This document shows positions 58,064 to 64,000 of a DNA stretch of 64,000 bases, in pieces. The notes below the pieces were generated by a model that searched no databases, had not been told where the DNA came from, and was given only the letters and a program-made list of their open reading frames with translations. Each line of letters opens with the position of its first letter. Within the stretch, counting starts at the first letter, position 1. Made by a program: the position numbers and the translations under genes. The DNA lies in the NCBI GenBank assembly GCA_965277285.1, contig OZ255721.1, forward strand, positions 2,016,001 to 2,080,000, written 5' to 3'. This DNA comes from Abditibacteriaceae bacterium (lineage in GTDB: Bacteria; Armatimonadota; Abditibacteriia; Abditibacteriales; Abditibacteriaceae).

Positions 58064-59106
58064 TGATTCCTTACTCCTTGCAACACCTTTTTATGTCCGG
58101 CGTCCAGCAAAATTTTCTCGTGACCTGCTAATTCCAGATCGGAATCCACCATTTCCTGCACCAGTTGATCAAAGCTCGTCTTTGGCGTCCAATCGAGTAC
58201 TCGATTGGTTTCGGAAGGGTCACCCAAAAGATAATCGACTTCGGCAGGACGAAAAAAGCGCGGATCGACTTCGACATAATCCTCATAGTTCAAATCGACC
58301 AGGCCAAAGGCGCGCTCGCAAAAGTCGCGCACCGAATAAGCTTCACCGCTTGCAATCACATAATCGCGCGGCGCGTCCTGCTGCAACATCAGCCACATCG
58401 CTTCGACGTAATCGCGCGCATGTCCCCAATCGCGCTTGGCGTCCAAATTCCCCAGATACAATTTTTCTTGCAACCCAAGCTTGATGCGCCCGACGGCGCG
58501 CGTAATTTTGCGCGTCACAAAGGTTTCACCACGGCGCGGCGATTCGTGATTGAACAAGATGCCGTTGCAGGCGAACATATCATAACTTTCGCGGTGGTTA
58601 ACGGTTTGCCAGAAGCCGTAAACTTTCGCCACTCCGTACGGGCTGCGCGGATGAAACGGCGTCGTCAGGCCTTGCGGTGGCGCGGCTCCGCCAAACATTT
58701 CGCTGCTGCTCGCCTGATAAAAGCGCACCGCCTTGTTTTCGTGTCCATTATAATCGCGGATCGCTTCGAGCAAGCGCAAAACGCCCAATCCCGTTACATC
58801 GGCAGTATATTCCGCCTGGTCGAAAGACACTTTGACGTGACTTTGCGCGCCCAGATTATAAACCTCGTCGGGTTGCACTTCTTCGAGTACTCGACGCAGG
58901 CCGGTCGCATCGCTCAAATCGCCAAAGTGCAGCTTGAAACGATGCGGATGAACCGCGGGATCGTTATACAAATGGTCGATGCGTTCGGTGCCAAAGGTCG
59001 AAGCACGGCGCACAATGCCATGCACTTCATAGCCTTTTTCCAAGAGCAACTCAGCCAGGTAGCTGCCGTCCTGTCCGGTGATACCTGTCATTAACGCTTT
59101 TTTCAC
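58060..59106 (-). CDS. gmd: GDP-mannose 4,6-dehydratase
   Basis: [52 protein letters not shown]. Confidence 0.96.
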   Translation of the reverse strand: MKKALMTGITGQDGSYLAELLLEKGYEVHGIVRRASTFGTERIDHLYNDPAVHPHRFKLHFGDLSDATGLRRVLEEVQPDEVYNLGAQSHVKVSFDQAEYTADVTGLGVLRLLEAIRDYNGHENKAVRFYQASSSEMFGGAAPPQGLTTPFHPRSPYGVAKVYGFWQTVNHRESYDMFACNGILFNHESPRRGETFVTRKITRAVGRIKLGLQEKLYLGNLDAKRDWGHARDYVEAMWLMLQQDAPRDYVIASGEAYSVRDFCERAFGLVDLNYEDYVEVDPRFFRPAEVDYLLGDPSETNRVLDWTPKTSFDQLVQEMVDSDLELAGHEKILLDAGHKKVLQGVRNQ

Positions 59107-59109
59107 TTT

Positions 59110-60105
59110 TCACTCCGCAATGTAACGAATTTTTGTTGTCTCGCCGGCCACGCGTTTCATATCGGCTTCGACTAAAAACTGAACCAACTCTTCAAAAGTC
59201 ATGTGGGCCGACCAACCCAATTGACGGCGTGCTTTGGAAGGATCGCCAATCACGGTATTGACTTCCGCCGGTCGAAAAAACGCCGGATCAATACGAACAT
59301 AATCTTGATATTCAAGACCGACCGCTGCAAAAGCCAGGCGGACGAATTCGCGTAGGGAACGCGTTTGTCCCGTGGCGATGATGTAATCGTCGGGCGTTTT
59401 CTGCTGCAACATCAACCACATCGCTTTCACATAGTCGCCAGCAAAGCCCCAGTCGCGTTCAACATCGAGGTTGCCCAGCGATAAAGAATCTTGTAACCCT
59501 TGCTTTATGCGCGCTACGCCCATCGTCACTTTGCGCGTCACAAACTGCTCGGGACGCAAGGGCGATTCGTGATTGAACAAAATGCCGCAACTTACATGAC
59601 ATCCGTAGGCTTCGCGGTAGTTGACGGCCATGCAGTGCGCATAAACTTTGGCGGCGCCATAAGGACTACGCGGATAAAAGGGTGTTGTTTCGGTTTGAGG
59701 CGTTTCCTTCACTTTGCCATACATCTCGGAAGAAGACGCCTGGTAAAAACGCGCGTCCGGCTTGACAAAGCGCAAAGCCTGCAGCAGGCGCGCCGTGCCC
59801 AAGCCCGTGACATCACCGGTTAGCGTGGGTTCATGAAACGATTGAGCGACAGAACTCTGGGCCGCCAGGTGATAAATTTCATCCGGCATGACGGCGGTCA
59901 GAGCAGTCGAAAGCGAAGCGGTGTTGGCCAGATCAACAGGAAACAAACGTACATCTTGTGCGATGCCCAGCGCCTTGAGAGTACTCGAAGTCGAAACACC
60001 TTCGGCGCGCACCGTGCCAGCCACTTGATACCCTTTGCGCAAGAGGAAGTGCGCCAAATAAGCGCCATCTTGTCCAGTAATTCCGGTGATTAAAGCAATC
60101 GGCAT
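59110..60105 (-). CDS. gmd: Second GDP-mannose 4,6-dehydratase paralog
   Basis: GITGQDGAYL, AAQSSV, QASSSEMYG, PRSPYGAAK, FNHESP, RDWGFA. Confidence 0.9.
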   Translation of the reverse strand: MPIALITGITGQDGAYLAHFLLRKGYQVAGTVRAEGVSTSSTLKALGIAQDVRLFPVDLANTASLSTALTAVMPDEIYHLAAQSSVAQSFHEPTLTGDVTGLGTARLLQALRFVKPDARFYQASSSEMYGKVKETPQTETTPFYPRSPYGAAKVYAHCMAVNYREAYGCHVSCGILFNHESPLRPEQFVTRKVTMGVARIKQGLQDSLSLGNLDVERDWGFAGDYVKAMWLMLQQKTPDDYIIATGQTRSLREFVRLAFAAVGLEYQDYVRIDPAFFRPAEVNTVIGDPSKARRQLGWSAHMTFEELVQFLVEADMKRVAGETTKIRYIAE

Positions 60106-60235
60106 TCGTTTCTTCTTTTACACCTGTATCGCTTTCTGCCATTTGCACAAACGAGTTTGGATTTGATTCATACGTTTTCAAGCGATAAGAGACTGATCGT
60201 TTTGAAACACTAAGAGACTTTCGTGTGCGAATCTT

Positions 60236-61546
60236 CTATTTTCTTGCAGTCTCACATTCGGCGCTCTGCTTGGCCTGGACACGCAATTCGCGCTTCGTCA
60301 ACTTCGTTACCAAAGGCTGGGCCACTTCTTGAAACAAGTTATAAAATTGATCGGCGATGTTTTCCACAGTGTATCGTTCTTCACAAGCATGACGCGCGTT
60401 ACGCCCCAATTCATTGGTGTATTTAGGTGAAGCGGCTAAATCTCTAATGGCTTGAGCCAATTGCGCCGGTTCTTCCGGATCGACGCGCACACCACAACGG
60501 GTTTCACTGACCACGCGCCCGACTTCGCAATGCGAATCGACGACCGCAATCGTTGGGCGTCCCGAAGCCATAATATTATAAAACTTGCTCGGCACCGCCA
60601 AGCCTTCAGCCCCTTTTTCCAAAGTGACCAGCGAAGCATCAGCCGAGGCCAACAAATCGCACAATTGAGCTTCGGGTACAAAGGGCAACAAGCGCACATT
60701 GCTCAATCCATCTTGCGCAATACGTTCGGCAATATACTCTTTTCTGCTTCCATCGCCCACAAAAACAAACGTGATGTCTTTGTCATCAACCAGTCGCTGA
60801 GCCGCATCAAGCAAGGTTTTGAAATCTTGATATTGCGCGAAGTTCCCCGCATACAGCACGACAAAACCACTCAAATTATTATTGGCACGAAACTGTGTTT
60901 GTTTATCGCGGGGAGTAATGGCTTCGCTGTCCGTTGGAATCGGGATGACGCACATTTTCTCCAAGGGCAAGGCATAGGTGCGCGCGACATGAGCTTGCAT
61001 ACAACGTCCCAGCACAATTGTTCGAGCCGCCTTATGAAACCACTGCGTTTGCACACCACGAAAAACCTTGACTGTTTTTGAATCGGCGGCCACCATTTTC
61101 ATCGCAATAGCCAGGTCAAGATAAAGGTCGTAGATGAGATAGATATAAGGCTTGCCGGTGAGAAAACTCCAAACCCTGGCCGCTCCCGATAAGGTGGAGG
61201 GCGCTGTGGTGACCAGCACCAGGTCATAACGAAACGGTGATTTTAGCAATTTAAGACCAATGGCCGCCGTAAATAATAAATTGGTCACCAGGCGCCGCTT
61301 CATCGACTTCTTTCGCGGTTGTGGAGTACTCAGCCGCACAATATTGACGCCATCCCAATTTTCATGGGCCGCGAGCCGCCCTACCTTTCCACGAAACAAG
61401 TTTTTGCTGGTGATGACATCGATTTCTAAATCGTCGTGCGCGTCTTTCAACTGACGAACCAGCTTCGACAGCACCGTGCCAGAGCCACCCGTGCTATCGG
61501 GATAAAAGTATTCACTAATGATTGCTATGCGCATTCTATCCACCAA
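60236..61546 (-). CDS. GT4 glycosyltransferase (WcaI/WbuB-like)
   Basis: SEYFYPD, YDLYLD, LYAGNF, PSKFYNIMASGRP. Confidence 0.88.
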   Translation of the reverse strand: MVDRMRIAIISEYFYPDSTGGSGTVLSKLVRQLKDAHDDLEIDVITSKNLFRGKVGRLAAHENWDGVNIVRLSTPQPRKKSMKRRLVTNLLFTAAIGLKLLKSPFRYDLVLVTTAPSTLSGAARVWSFLTGKPYIYLIYDLYLDLAIAMKMVAADSKTVKVFRGVQTQWFHKAARTIVLGRCMQAHVARTYALPLEKMCVIPIPTDSEAITPRDKQTQFRANNNLSGFVVLYAGNFAQYQDFKTLLDAAQRLVDDKDITFVFVGDGSRKEYIAERIAQDGLSNVRLLPFVPEAQLCDLLASADASLVTLEKGAEGLAVPSKFYNIMASGRPTIAVVDSHCEVGRVVSETRCGVRVDPEEPAQLAQAIRDLAASPKYTNELGRNARHACEERYTVENIADQFYNLFQEVAQPLVTKLTKRELRVQAKQSAECETARK

Positions 61547-61829
61547 ACCTCACGTAATACAAAGAAACCACGATGGACTATTCCATGATCGCTATAGTCA
61601 TAACCACATATTCAATTTCGCTCTCCTATTATAAATGATTTCAGGCAGTTGTATAAAATAGCGCTTGATCATTGAACGATAATTGCCAATTGGCTCATAT
61701 AAACTGCTATTTATTAACGAAGACAAAGGGATCGGCGATATATTTCTCCAGCAGGCTTATAATATAAATGATGTACGTTTCGAGGTTATTTCAAAGGTTT
61801 GTCAATTTAAGTTCTTATCCCAATTGAAG

Positions 61830-62414
61830 TCAACGGGCATTTATCACTCGTTTTTTAACAGCTACAGCAGGATTACCATTGTAGATATTGAAGGCTTCAG
61901 TGTTCTTTGAAACAACAGCGCCACCAGTCACAATAGAATGCGTCGCAATAGTGACACCAGGTAAAACAATCGCTCGCGCACCAACCCAGGCGCCGTCTTC
62001 AACAATAATAGGTTGCAACTTATAGCCAAAAGACGGATCACTCCAATCGTGATTGCCAGTGCATAAATAAGCGCCTTGCGAAACACAAGCGTGTGCGCCA
62101 ATTGTAATGGAAACGAGGCAATCGAGCCAGACTTGTTCGCCAATCCAGGAATGTTCGCCGATGACGAGCCGCCACGGATATTTCACGTTGATGCCCGGTT
62201 TAAGGACAACGCCGCCGCCGATTTTGGCACCAAACAATCGCAGTAAAGCAATTTTAATTTTTGACGATGGATTCAGCGGATTTTGCAAAAAAACTGCATT
62301 GAAAATAAACCACAGCGAGCGCACCGCGAAGCCGCGTCCAGGGTGATAATCACCGACATTAAAGCGCGATAAATCAACTGTGTTCATGTGTGTTGGCTTG
62401 ATGTTGTCCTTCAT
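61830..62414 (-). CDS. wcaF: WcaF-like hexapeptide acetyltransferase
   Basis: LLRLFGAKIG, KYPWRL.IG, SQGAYLCTGNHD, GNPA. Confidence 0.88.
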   Translation of the reverse strand: MKDNIKPTHMNTVDLSRFNVGDYHPGRGFAVRSLWFIFNAVFLQNPLNPSSKIKIALLRLFGAKIGGGVVLKPGINVKYPWRLVIGEHSWIGEQVWLDCLVSITIGAHACVSQGAYLCTGNHDWSDPSFGYKLQPIIVEDGAWVGARAIVLPGVTIATHSIVTGGAVVSKNTEAFNIYNGNPAVAVKKRVINAR

Positions 62415-62435
62415 GGCTTCCAGTTTTGAATGACA

Positions 62436-63626
62436 TTATTCTACCGTTCCCGCCCTTGCAGCGTTTTGATTTGATGAACAAACCTCATCGAGTACTCGAA
62501 GCAAGCTGTCAGCCGCTCCGTGAATTTCAAATCTTTGAAGAAAACAGTGGCGTGCTTGTTCAGACATTTGCGTTTGTTCGGTGGGCGTCGAGTTCAACCA
62601 GCGTTCAAGTACTCGAATTGTGCCTTCAACTGTATCTTCATCGACAAAACCGGCGCCATCTTTTTCGATCTCGCGCCAAATGTTGACTTTATTAGAAATG
62701 AGAACTGGCGTGCCGCAACTCAAGGATTCGGCCACGACGATGCCGAAATTTTCCTGGTGCGAAGGCAAAACAAAAACTTCCGCCGCGCGAAAAGCGCCCC
62801 ATTTCAAGTCGCCTGACAACATCCCTGTCCACGTCATGCACGAAGTTATGCCCAAGCGTTCGGCCTGTGCTTCCAAAGCAGCCCGCCAGTGCGTTTGATC
62901 TGGACCAGCCATCACCAGGTGAAGATCAGGATCGAGCGAAGCGATTTGCGCAAAAGCCTCGATCAACAAGTCGCAGCCTTTTTTAACATGAATGCGGCTG
63001 ATAAACAACAAAACGCGTTTCCCCGAGAGTTGCGGAAACGTATCGAAGAAAAGTTGTTTTTGCTTTTCTCTATCGCCTCTTGCTCCGGCAGTGCCATAAC
63101 TCACGACAAATTCGCGGCATTTGTAAGGACGAAACGATTGGCGCGCCAGCAAGCGTTCTTCTTCGCAAGTAAAGCAAACACCCGCTGCATCGCGCAGTAC
63201 GCGATATTCACCCCATGGCCAGTAAAGACATTTTTTCAAATGCTTGAGCGGGTAACTGTGTTTGAACCAGGGATCGAGCATTCCATGTGTGAACACAAGA
63301 TAAGGCGTTTTCGAGTGACGCAAAGCGCGCCAGGTCGCAAAACTGCCATATTGCCAGATACCACGCGCAATAACAGCATCATAGTGAGATGCGTTTTCGC
63401 GTAACCAAGGCAACAATCGCGGTGAGTAAGCGTAAGTCGAACGCACTGGTCCCAACGCATGGACGAGAACTGGACACTGCGCAACCCAAACCGCATCAGG
63501 CCCATCCAAAGACACGACCTCAACAGTATGACCTTCTTGTGCCATGACTCCTGCGAGCTGCTTCAAGCCTTCGATGGGCCCCCCGGAATCTGGATTCACC
63601 GTGGTGATTACGTGGAGAACTTTCAT
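62436..63626 (-). CDS. GT4 glycosyltransferase
   Basis: SGGP, HGMLDPW, SRIHVKKG.DLL, LPSHQENFG..ESLSCGTPV. Confidence 0.9.
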   Translation of the reverse strand: MKVLHVITTVNPDSGGPIEGLKQLAGVMAQEGHTVEVVSLDGPDAVWVAQCPVLVHALGPVRSTYAYSPRLLPWLRENASHYDAVIARGIWQYGSFATWRALRHSKTPYLVFTHGMLDPWFKHSYPLKHLKKCLYWPWGEYRVLRDAAGVCFTCEEERLLARQSFRPYKCREFVVSYGTAGARGDREKQKQLFFDTFPQLSGKRVLLFISRIHVKKGCDLLIEAFAQIASLDPDLHLVMAGPDQTHWRAALEAQAERLGITSCMTWTGMLSGDLKWGAFRAAEVFVLPSHQENFGIVVAESLSCGTPVLISNKVNIWREIEKDGAGFVDEDTVEGTIRVLERWLNSTPTEQTQMSEQARHCFLQRFEIHGAADSLLRVLDEVCSSNQNAARAGTVE

Positions 63627-63646
63627 GCACTTATTCCTTCACTCGC

Positions 63647-64000
63647 TTATCCCTGGCTGCCTGTCTCCAGAACGCGTTTATAAACTTCAATGTATTCTTT
63701 GATCATTCGTTCATGTTGAAACCTTTTGACATTTTCAAAGCCACGTTCCGTCATCTTGCTCAGGTTTGAGGTTTCCAGTTCTTGCGCTATGATTTTGGCT
63801 GCTTCTTCACTGTTTACCGGATCAAAATAGCAAGCGGCATCGCCACCCACTTCCGTCATCGGGGCACGATTCGAGGTGAAAACGGGACAGCCGCAGGCTT
63901 GCGCTTCGATGATGGGCATGCCAAATCCTTCGTAGAAAGAAGGAAATATCATCGCCTTTGCGCTGGAATAAAGAGCGCGCAGTTGCTCGTCTTGAAGCCC
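63647..64000 (-). CDS. GT4 glycosyltransferase, C-terminal part (runs off window edge)
   Basis: FPSFYEGFGMPIIEAQACGCPV..EVGGDAA.YFDP. Confidence 0.88.
   Translation of the reverse strand, partial: GLQDEQLRALYSSAKAMIFPSFYEGFGMPIIEAQACGCPVFTSNRAPMTEVGGDAACYFDPVNSEEAAKIIAQELETSNLSKMTERGFENVKRFQHERMIKEYIEVYKRVLETGSQG

Larger units (their letters stand above)
109..62500. repeat. Dispersed highly iterated palindrome (W)TCGAGTACTCGA(W)
   Basis: About 45 exact 12-mers read by eye, starting at 110, 1344, 1844, 4246, 4442, 6583, 7291, 8242, 9448, 10066, 12441, 14087, 15611, 17336, 18166, 18629, 19017, 20020, 21187, 22498, 22835, 23294, 24537, 26980, 28686, 32655, 32915, 35958, 37017, 38704, 39406, 41675, 42290, 43373, 44795, 46626, 48167, 49020, 51376, 52100, 54309, 55495, 58193, 58883 and 62488, plus many near-copies. 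Confidence 0.97.

Noticed and set aside
61547..61829. AT-rich spacer as an ncRNA, or the 75 aa ORF at 61683-61910
   Set aside because: No recognisable structure or motif; the ORF is antisense-overlapping wcaF; likely an internal promoter region.
109..62500. Palindrome copies as a CRISPR array or integron attC array
   Set aside because: The unit is only 12-14 bp, spacing is irregular (0.2-4 kb), many copies are inside core genes, and there is no cas or integrase gene.

Overview
Bacterial chromosomal window, moderately GC-rich with more AT-rich stretches at about 35.5-36.2 kb and 60-64 kb. The DUF1559/H-X9-DG prepilin-like gene, LacI gene and stalk-domain protein suggest an Abditibacteriota/Armatimonadota-like host; this is inference only. 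Contents in order: the 5' half of the dcw cluster (mraZ-rsmH-ftsL-ftsI-murE-murF-mraY-murD start), an orphan Mu-Gam-like gene, a rhodanese, an M48 protease, a cobalamin-riboswitch-controlled btuB-pduO unit, tRNA-Pro(GGG), envelope genes (acpS, wecA-like, wecB, uppP), two genes broken by Trp-to-stop codons, a TPR protein, an IS5-family element plus a MITE sharing its ends, a NarL-type two-component pair split by inserted genes, a DUF58/transglutaminase/MoxR operon, glycogen genes, a LacI/AKR/polyol dehydrogenase block, and a GDP-fucose/glycosyltransferase polysaccharide locus. The dominant unexplained signal is a highly iterated 12-14 bp palindrome, (W)TCGAGTACTCGA(W). By eye I count about 45 exact 12-mers plus roughly 25 near-copies. 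They occur in intergenic DNA, inside CDSs in all three frames (IEYS, SSTR, RVLD/E) and inside the riboswitch. Several distinct REP-like inverted-repeat families are also present. All counts and coordinates were read manually.
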